A stretch of DNA of 32,000 nucleotides from Vibrio vulnificus CMCP6 (GCF_000039765.1 NC_004459.3:1830001-1862000); one strand, 5' to 3'; shown: positions 15,746 to 24,908, counted from the first letter of the stretch. Program-made: numbers and translations. The notes: generated by a model not told the origin, from the sequence alone.

Positions 15746-15763
15746 TGTGAGAGATCTCTTACA
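15746..15763. promoter_or_regulatory. GacA/UvrY/VarA-type upstream activating palindrome TGTGAGAGATCTCTTACA
   Basis: 18-bp inverted repeat matching TGTRAG-N6-CTYACA, about 170 bp upstream of the inferred sRNA start. Response-regulator sites for csrB/rsm genes sit at this kind of distance. Confidence 0.6.
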
Positions 15764-15922
15764 CAGCTTGTGCGAGAAAGCTAATTTATCGTAAGAGGAA
15801 TGGTTATCAAAAGAACCTAACCTAATGATTAATAAGGAATGTTAATGCGATGTAATGGTTTGCATAAGCGTTTTTCTTTGCCGGTGGATTGCTCCGTTCA
15901 AGAAAAAGAGTAAATTAAACCC

Positions 15923-16322
15923 TGTCGGAAGGATGCTGACACGGAACAGGAAACGCCAAGGATTTGGTTATCGTCAGGAAGACGATTTGGTTGCTCAGGA
16001 TGAGGAATCAAGCAAGGAGCGAAGGACATTGTAGGAAGCAATCACTAATAGGATGTTGGTGACGAAGGAACGACAATGGACACCTCGAGGATGGAGGTCA
16101 GGACAGTATCAGGACGATACCAGGGACACCGCTCAAGGAACAAGTGATGTGCGCTAACGGGGATAGTTAGCTGTCAGGAAGATTAGGACACCGCTAGGAC
16201 GGCGAAGTAAGGAATAGCTGAAGGATTCAGCCACTATTATGGATGATGCAGGGAGCATTATTAGTAGCCGGACTGCTGCGAGTAAGACTATAGCCCCGAT
16301 ACGAAAGTGTCGGGGCTTTTCT
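15923..16322 (+). ncRNA. CsrB-family (CsrB/CsrC/CsrD-like) CsrA-sequestering small RNA
   Basis: No ORF of 60 aa or more lies in 15667-16500. I count about 29 GGA trinucleotides on the + strand between 15927 and 16272, mostly as A(N)GGA, and almost no TCC. Several sit in loops of 5-bp hairpins: tcgtcAGGAAgacga (15971-15985), acctcGAGGATGgaggt (16082-16098), gtatcAGGACgatac (16106-16120) and gctgaAGGATtcagc (16217-16231). The RNA ends with an intrinsic terminator, agccccga..tcggggct + TTTTCTT (16292-16322). The 5' end is approximate, taken from a candidate promoter TTGCTC-N16-TAAATT at 15889-15916. Confidence 0.8.
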
Positions 16323-16500
16323 TATCGTCATCTCTTCACACTCTCTACCGTCAGATCGATATAAGTATTTTATAAACAACGTTAAAAAACAATCTGGATC
16401 AATAACTCTTTGTTCAAGTTGGTTTAATTTTTCGGCTTCTCAATTGGGCGTAACGGATTTGCAACGCGCTAAATCGGTACCGCCATATCAAGGATAGAAT

Positions 16501-17004
16501 GTGACCATAGTAACTCGAAGGACATTACTCCTTCCTTACAATGAATCATTAAAGCTCGAATTCGTGATGCTAAATTGCTGCGCGAAGAATCGTGCGCAGC
16601 TCAATGGTCCATACACGGTTGCCAATGCCAAGCTTCTGTTTGATAAAGTATTGAATGATAAAACGATCCATGCCAGAGCTGTATTGGATAACTACAATCG
16701 CGAATACATGGGGCATGTCTATATCGCGCATTTAGATAGTCAACCTGAACTGGAGTTCATGTTTGATAAATCGTACTGGGGGAAAGGGATCGCCAGCGAA
16801 ACATTGAAGGCGTTTGTGCCCAAAGCGATGCATGAATTGCAGTTGGAGAGCTTAACGGCACACATCAAACCTCAGAACATCGCTGCAATCAAAGTACTCA
16901 CCAAGCTGGGCTTTTATGATGTTTCCCAGCTTAGTCAGTGCAATGCGCTCGTGACAATGCGTTTTACATCCGATGAGGTGGCAGGAAAAAGTTCAGCGGC
17001 CTGA
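16501..17004 (+). CDS. GNAT family N-acetyltransferase (RimJ/RimL-like)
   Basis: GTG start with an AAGGA RBS. The motif-A region FDKSYWGKGIASETLKAF.. and the beta-strand pattern are typical of Acetyltransf_3-type GNATs. Confidence 0.8.
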   Translation: MTIVTRRTLLLPYNESLKLEFVMLNCCAKNRAQLNGPYTVANAKLLFDKVLNDKTIHARAVLDNYNREYMGHVYIAHLDSQPELEFMFDKSYWGKGIASETLKAFVPKAMHELQLESLTAHIKPQNIAAIKVLTKLGFYDVSQLSQCNALVTMRFTSDEVAGKSSAA

Positions 17005-17263
17005 ATCCTGTCATCATCAGTTGCCCTTGATAGCAGTCGTCACCGAGCGCTGAAAACTCAAATAAATAAACAGTATGCCAACGCCAGCTTCCCTCTGGCG
17101 TTTTTAATTTGTGCCCGCCAAACGCAACACTAATGAGTTGTAACTCCAGTTGGTCGCATTTGCGTGCTATCGCAGCCTTGGCCAGTTCCGATTGGCGACG
17201 TTGTTGCCAAAAGAGAAAACAGAAGAAACACAATCCTAAGATGGCAAACAAATCACCGACCAT
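16964..17263 (-). CDS. DUF3301 family membrane-anchored protein
   Basis: The N-terminal TM helix followed by FWQQRRQSELAKAAIARKCDQLELQLISVAF.. and ..WRWHTVYLFEFSALGDDCYQGQLMM.. matches my recollection of DUF3301. Confidence 0.7.
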   Translation of the reverse strand: MVGDLFAILGLCFFCFLFWQQRRQSELAKAAIARKCDQLELQLISVAFGGHKLKTPEGSWRWHTVYLFEFSALGDDCYQGQLMMTGFRPLNFFLPPHRM

Positions 17264-17266
17264 GGT

Positions 17267-18304
17267 TTATCCTTTTGTAGCCTGTTGTAGATTTAAAAGT
17301 GCATTGGCCAGCTCTGGTGATGGGCTGGAGTGCAGCAGAGGCAATAGCACCATTCTGAGCTGTGGAAGCATCACTAAGTCGGCAAACAGCTGGTTGAACA
17401 GGTTTTGATTACCCGTTTGTGCCAAACGAACCAAAAAGAGCTGTGCGACCTCCGTTTCAGCCAACCAATGCCAAGCGCGACCGGCAATACCAATCAACAC
17501 TTCCTGATGGCTCAATCTAGGACTGGCGAGCAGTGTGTTCAGCAGGGGTTTCACTTGTGCTTGCTCTGCGCCTGACAGCGCACGAATCAGCGCAGAGAGC
17601 AAAAACAGATCAGGGTGTGGCTTGGCGATTTCACCTTCAGTGAGCTCGATTAAGCGGGCTGTTAGCTTTTCAGGCAAGGTGACATGCTCTAACGCACCAA
17701 GCAGAGCATACAATGGGGTTGAAGGAAGGTGCGCCAGTGCCTTGCGTATTAGCACGCCATTTTGCTCTTGATCCAATCGAGCACAGATGTCGGTAATGCC
17801 CTGCAAGCCAACGGTTTGCCAGTTTTCCCAACCCAATTTCCCTTGGAAATAGATTTGGGCGTGTTCGTAGTATTGGCTGGTCGGTAACTGCAATTGCGCG
17901 CGCACCAAGCTATGAAATACCGCCATTTTGTCTTCAGAAGGCTTAAACGTATAAGGATTGTTCGCCAACTTCTGTTGCTGTTCTTCACTCATTTCTTGCG
18001 ATAAACGCGTTCCCATCGCTTCTACGACAAATTTAATGAAGTTGCCGATGTCTGCTTGCTTCAATAGACCACGCTCGTCGAGTTCAAATTTCAAAAACCA
18101 AATCCATGGTTGCTTTTGCTCATTCCAATACACAATCGCCAAATTGGCTTTCCGTTGCAGAGGGTAAGGATAAGGCGCTGAGCCTTTTTCTATCTCGGCA
18201 AATTGCGTTTGGCTGATTGGATTGATACGGCGGCCCAAATCATAAATGGCGTATTGGCAGTCGCTGGCGGTAAGGAGTTGACTGAGAGTGTGTATGGTAT
18301 CCAT
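17267..18304 (-). CDS. DUF3549 family protein
   Basis: 345-aa ORF (..YAIYDLGRRINPIS..PWIWFLKFELDERGLL..). It lies directly upstream of the DUF3301 gene with a 3-nt gap. This pairing is recurrent in gammaproteobacteria as far as I recall. Confidence 0.7.
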   Translation of the reverse strand: MDTIHTLSQLLTASDCQYAIYDLGRRINPISQTQFAEIEKGSAPYPYPLQRKANLAIVYWNEQKQPWIWFLKFELDERGLLKQADIGNFIKFVVEAMGTRLSQEMSEEQQQKLANNPYTFKPSEDKMAVFHSLVRAQLQLPTSQYYEHAQIYFQGKLGWENWQTVGLQGITDICARLDQEQNGVLIRKALAHLPSTPLYALLGALEHVTLPEKLTARLIELTEGEIAKPHPDLFLLSALIRALSGAEQAQVKPLLNTLLASPRLSHQEVLIGIAGRAWHWLAETEVAQLFLVRLAQTGNQNLFNQLFADLVMLPQLRMVLLPLLHSSPSPELANALLNLQQATKG

Positions 18305-18383
18305 GAAGCATGTTGTCCTAACTTTATTTCTTCAATAAATGGTATCATTCGCGGCTAATTCAAGGTTCGGAATGTAAAGATTA

Positions 18384-18698
18384 ATGACAAACACCTCAAC
18401 TTTGACGGGATTATTGCGACAACTTGAGCTGGAGCTGAAACGTTTAGGCTGGTGGGATGAAATACCCCCAGAGCCTGCATTGTTGCAAAGCGAAATGCCT
18501 TTTGCGGTCGACACGTTAGCGCCGCAACAATGGTTGCAGTGGATCTTCATCGCTCGCATACAGCAGATGATGGCACAAGGGGCGTCACTGCCTAAGGGGT
18601 TTCTGCTCACCCCTTATTTTGAAGAAGCTTGGAAAGAACAGCGTGATACACAAACGTTGTTGAGTATTTTGCGTACGATTGATGAGGTAAGCCAGTAA
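18384..18698 (+). CDS. yqcC: YqcC family protein (DUF446)
   Basis: ..LELELKRLGWWDE..PFAVDTLAPQQWLQWIFIARI..LPKGF.. aligns with E. coli YqcC as I recall it. It is followed by truC, as in E. coli. Confidence 0.8.
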   Translation: MTNTSTLTGLLRQLELELKRLGWWDEIPPEPALLQSEMPFAVDTLAPQQWLQWIFIARIQQMMAQGASLPKGFLLTPYFEEAWKEQRDTQTLLSILRTIDEVSQ

Positions 18699-19435
18699 TG
18701 CTGGAGATTGTGTATCAGGATGAATATTTTGTGGCCGTGAATAAACCGGCGGGCATGCTTGTGCATCGCAGTTGGTTGGATAAACATGAAACGCAGTTTG
18801 TAATGCAGACATTGCGTGATCAAATTGGTCAGCATGTTTTTCCGCTTCATCGCCTGGATCGTCCAACCTCCGGGGTGTTGGTTTTTGCACTGTCCTCTGA
18901 AGTCGCATCTCAGGTTATGCCCATGTTTGCCGGACAGGAGATGAGCAAAACCTACCATGCGATTGTGCGTGGCTGGATAGAGGAAGAAGGGGAGCTAGAC
19001 TACGCGTTGAAGGTTGAACTGGATAAGATTGCGGACAAGTTTGCTTCGCAAGAGAAGGAAGCGCAAGACGCGATTACGCTCTACAAACCGCTTGCTAAAG
19101 TGGAAGTACCTTATTCAACGAGCAAGTTCCCAACGACCCGCTATGGGTTAATGGAGCTCAAGCCGAAAACCGGTCGTAAGCATCAACTTCGTCGCCATAT
19201 GGCGCATCTTCGTCATCCGATCGTGGGGGATACCACCCATGGTGATGGCAAACACAACAAGCTGTTCCGTGAAGAGTTTGACGCGCCGAGATTGCTGCTG
19301 CACGCCTCTGAACTCAGATTTGTCCATCCGTATACACAGCAAGAAGTGGTGATTCGAGCAGAGGTTGATAAAGTTTGGCAACAGTTGTTTGAACGTTTTG
19401 AGTGGCCGAGCACTTTGCTTACCGCAAGTCACTAA
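18698..19435 (+). CDS. truC: tRNA pseudouridine(65) synthase TruC
   Basis: MLEIVYQDEYFVAVNKPAGMLVHRSWLD..HRLDRPTSGVLVFA is nearly colinear with E. coli TruC and includes the catalytic Asp in HRLD. TAATG overlap with yqcC. Confidence 0.9.
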   Translation: MLEIVYQDEYFVAVNKPAGMLVHRSWLDKHETQFVMQTLRDQIGQHVFPLHRLDRPTSGVLVFALSSEVASQVMPMFAGQEMSKTYHAIVRGWIEEEGELDYALKVELDKIADKFASQEKEAQDAITLYKPLAKVEVPYSTSKFPTTRYGLMELKPKTGRKHQLRRHMAHLRHPIVGDTTHGDGKHNKLFREEFDAPRLLLHASELRFVHPYTQQEVVIRAEVDKVWQQLFERFEWPSTLLTASH

Positions 19436-19461
19436 TGCACTCATACTAGGGTGATCACAGT

Positions 19462-19492
19462 AAAAAGGGTTGATGTCATATCAACCCTTTGC
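19462..19492. terminator. Bidirectional rho-independent terminator between convergent truC and the DUF3461 gene
   Basis: 11-bp stem aaagggttgat/atcaacccttt with a 5-nt loop. An A-run lies upstream and a T-run downstream. Confidence 0.75.
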
Positions 19493-19529
19493 CATTTAGG
19501 CAGTTTTAAACCAATGAGAAGAGCTTCGC

Positions 19530-19913
19530 TTATTTGAGTTTTTCGAGATCCGCTTCAATTTCGGCAATTTTGCTCGCCACCACTTTCTCGAGATGCTTCA
19601 GATCGGTGAGGATCTTTTGTTTGATATCCACATCTTCTTGTTTGGGTGGCTTGGTAATTTTATTTAGCTCATCAATGACTAAAGTGAGGTTGCGATTAAT
19701 TTCCGTGACTTCTTTATATTGATGACTACCGCTATCAACCAAGACATTTTTGACTTGTCGTGGATACTTGAATTTCACGCTTTTGGCAAAAAACTCGCCT
19801 TTTTGCTTGTGGAAATAGATTTTTAATACGTCTTTGTGCGCTTCCTGACGTAGTGAATAGCGTTCAATCTGGCTAGGATCATGAATACCCAGTCCAGTGA
19901 GGTGTGGATACAT
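19530..19913 (-). CDS. DUF3461 family protein
   Basis: [53 protein letters not shown].. matches my recollection of the DUF3461 N-terminal pattern. Coiled-coil C-terminus. Confidence 0.65.
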   Translation of the reverse strand: MYPHLTGLGIHDPSQIERYSLRQEAHKDVLKIYFHKQKGEFFAKSVKFKYPRQVKNVLVDSGSHQYKEVTEINRNLTLVIDELNKITKPPKQEDVDIKQKILTDLKHLEKVVASKIAEIEADLEKLK

Positions 19914-20034
19914 AAGCGACCTCTATTTAGGTATGACTGTTAAGATTCAATGTAGCAGTCAAATCATGTGGTAGATAGCTGATAATCCGACCAATTGACT
20001 AAGTTGTGCACGAGATCGCGCTCGGTATCCTTGG

Positions 20035-20070
20035 TGAAAAAATCCCTCAGCAGAGCATGCTGAGGGATTT
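20035..20070 (-). terminator. Rho-independent terminator downstream of glnD
   Basis: 11-bp stem aatccctcagc/gctgagggatt with a 7-nt loop. On the minus strand it is followed by TTTTTT. Confidence 0.8.
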
Positions 20071-20096
20071 ATCAAAAGCAGAATTTTATGATGAGG

Positions 20097-22718
20097 TTAA
20101 GGGGCGAGTTCGGCGATGTTGTGAATCAGTTTTTCACGTAACTGAAGTTCTTGCTCTTCACTGAGTCGTCCGCCATTCTCACTAGTAAGAATAAATAAGT
20201 CTTCCGCTCGCTCACCTATGGTGGTGATTTTTGCCCCATGTAAGTTAAATCCCATATCAGCGAAGGTCGCGCCTGTAATCGCAAGTAGCCCCGGTGTATC
20301 GAGCGCCACCAGTTCCATCAAGGTGCGTTTTTTACTCTTCGTGGGTAGGAAATCCACTTTGGTTTTCACTTTGAAATGTTGCAACTTATAAGGCGTACGA
20401 CGGGTTTTAACTTTGGTGGGACGACCATCAGCTAGCACGTGCATCAGATGTTTGATGACCGCTTTGTGATTGTCGACGTCGATCGCTTGGCCGTGTTGGT
20501 CAAGTACCATAAAGGTATCCAGTACGTAACCGTCTTTGCTGCTCATGATCTGTGCGTCGTGCACGTTAAAATTACGACGGTCTAGCTCTGCCACCACGGT
20601 GGCAAAGAGCGCATGTTGGTCTTTGGTATAAACAAACACTTCTGTACCGCCACGAGTGGCCTTTTTACTCATCAGCACTAAAGGCTGCTCAGGGTTGTCC
20701 ATACGCAGAATATGTTCGCAATGCCAGGCGATCTGTTTGTGAGTGTGACGGAGGAAATAATCCGCTTTGAAACGTTGCCACAATACTTCGATTTCACGCG
20801 CGGTAAAGCCTTCTTTGCGCAGCAAAGCCGATGCGAGTTGCTGGTTGTGACGAATGCGCTCACGCACGTCGACTGGATTTTCCAATCCACGTCGTAAGGC
20901 TCTTTGGGTGGAGTAAAACAGCTCCGCAAGCAAGGTCCGTTTCCAACTGTTCCAAAGCTCTGGGTTGGTTGCACAAATATCCGCAACGGTCAGGCAGACC
21001 AAGTATTCCAAACGTTCTTCATCGCGTACTTGTTTGGCGAACTCAGTGATCACCTCGGGGTCATAGATGTCTCGGCGCTGGGCCGTGACCGACATCAGCA
21101 GATGGTGTCGTACCAGCCAAGATACCAGCTTGGCTTCAGGCTTGGAAAGGCCGTGTTCGATACAGAAATCGTATGCTTCCTTTTCACCAATTTCTGAGTG
21201 ATCGCCACCGCGCCCTTTGCCAATGTCATGGAAAATGGCGGCGAGGAGCAATAACTCTTTCTTTTGCAATCTAGGATAAACTTCGCAGCAGATGGGGTGT
21301 TTGTCGTGATTTTTCGCATAACTAAAGGTGTTAATGTGATTAAGCAGTCGCACACTGTGTTCATCCACGGTATAGACGTGGAAAAGGTCAAACTGCATCT
21401 GGCCGACAATTTGGCTCCATTGGGGAAGGTAGGCGGCTAAGACCCCAAGCTTATGCATTAAGCTAAAGGCTCGATGAAGCGCATTCGGGTGGCGAACCAG
21501 CTCCATAAATTTTTCACGCGCTTCCGGAATGGTATGAAGAAATTTGTTCAAACGGCGGCGAGCGGTGCGCAATTGGCGTAACGTTGGCGGGCTAACACTG
21601 TCAATGGTGGAATCGTTGGCGATGTGCAAAAACATATCAAGGATGGTTTCTGGACGTGCTTGAAACAACGCAGGTTTGCGCGCCTCGATTAAACGCCCTC
21701 GGCGTTGAAAATCTTCATTGATGATGACCGCTGGCTCGGTTTCTCCACCGTTAATGATGGCTTGGTCAAACAGCTTGAGCAGCATCTTATTGAGCTCCGC
21801 TACACGGCGAAGTGTGCGGTAGAACTCCTTCATCATCATTTCAATGCCGCGGTTCCCTTCACCTTTAAAGCCTAAATGTTCAGCGACTTGTATTTGATGG
21901 GCGAAGGTCAATCGATTGTCATAACGTTTTAGCTCGATGTGTAGCGCAAAACGCACTCGCCATAGAAAATCTTGGCATTCCACCAGTTCGCGATACTCGG
22001 CATCGGTCAGAAAACCATAGCGGCTCATCTCAAGCAGCGAAGTGGCACCAAAATGACGACGCGCTACCCAACTTAAGGTATGAATGTCGCGCAATCCACC
22101 CGGTGTCGATTTTATGTCGGGCTCCAAATTGTAAGTGGTATCGTGATAACGCGCATGGCGCTCACGCTGTTCTTGAATCTTGGCACGGTAGAAGGTCTCA
22201 CTGGGCCAGAAGGAGTCAGAGAGCACCACTTTTTTCAAATCTTGGAAGGTGTTTTCACTGCCGCACAGCAATCGAGCTTCCTGCAGGTTAGTGGCGACGG
22301 TCAAATCTTCACGGCCTATTGCTGCGCACTCCTCGACCGTGCGGACAGCATGACCCACTTCTAAGCGCAAATCCCAAAGCAAAGTGATGAACTCGCTCAG
22401 CTTGGTCTCTAACTCACCGGGTAATTTGTGTTTAGAGAGCACCAGTATATCGATGTCGGATAGCGGGTGAAGCTCACCTCGACCATATCCTCCCACCGCG
22501 ACTAAGGAAATATTATGAATTTCGCTAAACCCGTAGTAGCGCCAAAGACGGGTCAATAGCAGATCCATATATTCCGCGCGTGAGAGCACTAAGTCTGTCA
22601 CCGGATGATGGTTAAGAAACGCTTGTTTCTGCGCATTGGCAAAAAGATCGAGCTGTGATTTGAGTTGGGCAACCGTCAGTTGTTCGTCATTGAAGGTGAG
22701 GGGAGATTGAAAAGCCAT
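20097..22718 (-). CDS. glnD: Bifunctional [protein-PII] uridylyltransferase / uridylyl-removing enzyme
   Basis: 873-aa ORF with a nucleotidyltransferase motif (GGYGRGELHPLSDIDILVL), an HD domain (..AAIFHDIGKGRGGDHS..) and two C-terminal ACT-like regions. Adjacent to map, as in other gammaproteobacteria. Confidence 0.97.
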   Translation of the reverse strand: MAFQSPLTFNDEQLTVAQLKSQLDLFANAQKQAFLNHHPVTDLVLSRAEYMDLLLTRLWRYYGFSEIHNISLVAVGGYGRGELHPLSDIDILVLSKHKLPGELETKLSEFITLLWDLRLEVGHAVRTVEECAAIGREDLTVATNLQEARLLCGSENTFQDLKKVVLSDSFWPSETFYRAKIQEQRERHARYHDTTYNLEPDIKSTPGGLRDIHTLSWVARRHFGATSLLEMSRYGFLTDAEYRELVECQDFLWRVRFALHIELKRYDNRLTFAHQIQVAEHLGFKGEGNRGIEMMMKEFYRTLRRVAELNKMLLKLFDQAIINGGETEPAVIINEDFQRRGRLIEARKPALFQARPETILDMFLHIANDSTIDSVSPPTLRQLRTARRRLNKFLHTIPEAREKFMELVRHPNALHRAFSLMHKLGVLAAYLPQWSQIVGQMQFDLFHVYTVDEHSVRLLNHINTFSYAKNHDKHPICCEVYPRLQKKELLLLAAIFHDIGKGRGGDHSEIGEKEAYDFCIEHGLSKPEAKLVSWLVRHHLLMSVTAQRRDIYDPEVITEFAKQVRDEERLEYLVCLTVADICATNPELWNSWKRTLLAELFYSTQRALRRGLENPVDVRERIRHNQQLASALLRKEGFTAREIEVLWQRFKADYFLRHTHKQIAWHCEHILRMDNPEQPLVLMSKKATRGGTEVFVYTKDQHALFATVVAELDRRNFNVHDAQIMSSKDGYVLDTFMVLDQHGQAIDVDNHKAVIKHLMHVLADGRPTKVKTRRTPYKLQHFKVKTKVDFLPTKSKKRTLMELVALDTPGLLAITGATFADMGFNLHGAKITTIGERAEDLFILTSENGGRLSEEQELQLREKLIHNIAELAP

Positions 22719-22774
22719 AGTTTGCTATCCGTGCAATCGTTATCTGCTAAAGAATGTAACAGAGTTGCGACTGA

Positions 22775-22803
22775 TAAAAAATATCCCCGCGTAGGCGGGG
22801 ATA
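22775..22803 (-). terminator. Rho-independent terminator downstream of map
   Basis: 9-bp GC-rich stem tatccccgc/gcggggata with a 4-nt loop. On the minus strand it is followed by TTTTTTAT. Confidence 0.8.
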
Positions 22804-22827
22804 GAAAAACGAAATGATCCGATGGGA

Positions 22828-23706
22828 TTAGATATTCTTCATAAGGCGAGGAATGGATTCTTCACTGCGCAGAGTGAGCACTTCACAACCCTCTTTAGTG
22901 ACGAGAATCGTGTGTTCCCACTGTGCTGAATTTTTACCGTCACCAGTGTAAACCGTCCAATCATCTTCAGCATCGACAGTACAACCGAATTTACCTGCAT
23001 TGATCATCGGTTCGATAGTAAAACACATGCCTTCTTTTAACACGCGACGATCGCTATTACGGTAGTGAACGACTTGAGGTTCTTCGTGGAACTCATCACC
23101 AATGCCGTGACCACAGAAATCTTTCACAATAGAGAACTTATTGCGTGGGTTGTTTTTATTATTGTCTTTGATGTATTTCTCGATCGCGGTACCAATATCA
23201 CCCACGGTAGCACCCGGTTTAACTTGACGCATACCGATGTACAGGGCTTCTTGTGCCACCATGCAAAGGCGTTTGTTGGCTGGAGAAACGTCGCCAACTA
23301 GGAACATTTTTGAAGTATCGCCGTGGAAACCTTGAGGACGAACAGACAAATCGGCTTTTTCATCGTCAGGCACAATGACGGTGATATCAACGTTAACGAT
23401 ATCGCCATTTTTCAAAATTGCAGGTTTCATTTGGCCGTTGCTACCGATTTCATCTTTTGATGCTGGAATGCCGTGGCAAACAATATGGTTAATTGACGTG
23501 CAAATCGATTTAGGAAAACCGTGGTAATCCAATGGAGCAGAGTAAGCACCTTTTTCTAGAGCGTAATCGTGACAAATCTGATTCAGTTCATCTGTTGTCA
23601 CCCCTTCCTTGATGTATGGCTCAATCATTTCCAGGATTTCTGCGGCCAGTTTACCGGCAATTCTCATGCGCTCAATTTGCTGAGTAGTTTTAATCTTAAT
23701 TGACAT
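22828..23706 (-). CDS. map: Type I methionine aminopeptidase
   Basis: MSIKIKTTQQIERMRIAGKLAAEILEMIEPYIK.. and the metal-ligand context (..VNVDITV.., ..GHGIG..FHEEP.., ..TIEPM.., ..AQWEHT..) are colinear with E. coli Map. Confidence 0.97.
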   Translation of the reverse strand: MSIKIKTTQQIERMRIAGKLAAEILEMIEPYIKEGVTTDELNQICHDYALEKGAYSAPLDYHGFPKSICTSINHIVCHGIPASKDEIGSNGQMKPAILKNGDIVNVDITVIVPDDEKADLSVRPQGFHGDTSKMFLVGDVSPANKRLCMVAQEALYIGMRQVKPGATVGDIGTAIEKYIKDNNKNNPRNKFSIVKDFCGHGIGDEFHEEPQVVHYRNSDRRVLKEGMCFTIEPMINAGKFGCTVDAEDDWTVYTGDGKNSAQWEHTILVTKEGCEVLTLRSEESIPRLMKNI

Positions 23707-23866
23707 TGGCTTTCTCTACTTAATTCGGGGGCACATCAGAGTGTGCTGATGCGGCATTCTAACAGGAAGAAATGAGAATGTGTATTTGTCTGAAAAACGA
23801 GAGTATACCCAGGGCCATTTTTTATGGGTTGTGTTCGTTTGGCTTCGTTGCTAAATGCATTTTTTT

Positions 23867-24079
23867 TTGCCTTCAATGGGCAAAATATGGTATAAAGCGC
23901 GCCGGAAATGAGGACTGTTCTCTTCGTTAAGAGAAACTTAATGGCGAAGCAGGCTTCTTCCAAAAACACTTTTTCTTTAAATCACACACATTCCGACACA
24001 TGTTCCGGGGTGCCCAGCGATTAGGCTAGGGTCGGATACATGGGGGATGTGGAGGCCTAACCCCATAGAGGATTTTAAA
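23867..24079 (+). promoter_or_regulatory. rpsB promoter (TTGCCT-N18-TGgTATAAA, extended -10) and ~180-nt structured 5' leader (probable S2 autoregulatory leader)
   Basis: An extended -10 lies at 23888-23896. A long GC-punctuated leader (..ccggggtgcccagcgattaggctagggtcggatacatgggggatgtggaggcctaacccc..) precedes the AGAGGA RBS. In E. coli, rpsB-tsf is known to be autoregulated through a conserved long 5' UTR. Confidence 0.5.
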
Positions 24080-24808
24080 ATGGCAACTGTATCAATGCGC
24101 GATATGCTGAAAGCGGGTGTACACTTCGGTCACCAAACTCGTTACTGGAACCCAAAAATGAAGCCATTCATCTTTGGCGCTCGTAACCGCGTTCACATCA
24201 TCAACCTAGAAAAAACTGTACCAATGTTCAACGAAGCTCTAGCTGAGCTAGTTAAAGTTGGCGAGAAAAAAGGTAAAGTTCTTTTCGTAGGTACTAAGCG
24301 CGCTGCATCTGAAGCTGTTAAAGAAGCTGCAATCGCAAGCAACCAGTACTACGTAAACAACCGTTGGTTGGGTGGTATGCTGACTAACTACAAAACTGTT
24401 CGTCAGTCAATCAAACGTCTAAAAGAGCTTGAAGTTCAGTCTACTGACGGTACTTTCGACAAGCTTACTAAGAAAGAAGCTCTAATGCGCACTCGCGAAA
24501 TGGAGAAGCTAGAGAAGTCTCTTGGTGGTATCAAAGATATGGGTGGTCTTCCAGACGCTCTATTTGTAATCGATGCTGATCACGAGCACATTGCTATCAA
24601 AGAAGCGAACAACCTGGGCATTCCAGTATTCGCAGTAGTTGATACAAACTCTAACCCAGACGGCGTTGATTACATCATCCCAGGTAACGATGACGCTATC
24701 CGTGCTGTTCAACTATACCTGAACGCAGCGGCTTCTTCTCTAACTGAAGGCCGTAACAAAGACGTTGCAGCTGTAGCTGAGAAAGACGGTTTCGTAGAAG
24801 CTGAATAA
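24080..24808 (+). CDS. rpsB: 30S ribosomal protein S2
   Basis: [27 protein letters not shown].. The track's start at 24047 adds 11 non-conserved codons and is rejected. AGAGGA RBS before 24080. Confidence 0.97.
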   Translation: MATVSMRDMLKAGVHFGHQTRYWNPKMKPFIFGARNRVHIINLEKTVPMFNEALAELVKVGEKKGKVLFVGTKRAASEAVKEAAIASNQYYVNNRWLGGMLTNYKTVRQSIKRLKELEVQSTDGTFDKLTKKEALMRTREMEKLEKSLGGIKDMGGLPDALFVIDADHEHIAIKEANNLGIPVFAVVDTNSNPDGVDYIIPGNDDAIRAVQLYLNAAASSLTEGRNKDVAAVAEKDGFVEAE

Positions 24809-24875
24809 TCGCGGCTCTGTGTCACACTTAGTCCATGTGCAACCTGTTTGTCGCATAAACTAAGTTATAGTTAGC

Positions 24876-24908
24876 ATCAGGGGCCGAAATACTGGCCCCT
24901 GATTTTTA
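24876..24908 (+). terminator. Intercistronic hairpin/attenuator between rpsB and tsf
   Basis: 10-bp stem atcaggggcc/ggcccctgat with an 8-nt loop, followed by TTTTT. A partial terminator at this position is known for E. coli rpsB-tsf. Confidence 0.7.
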
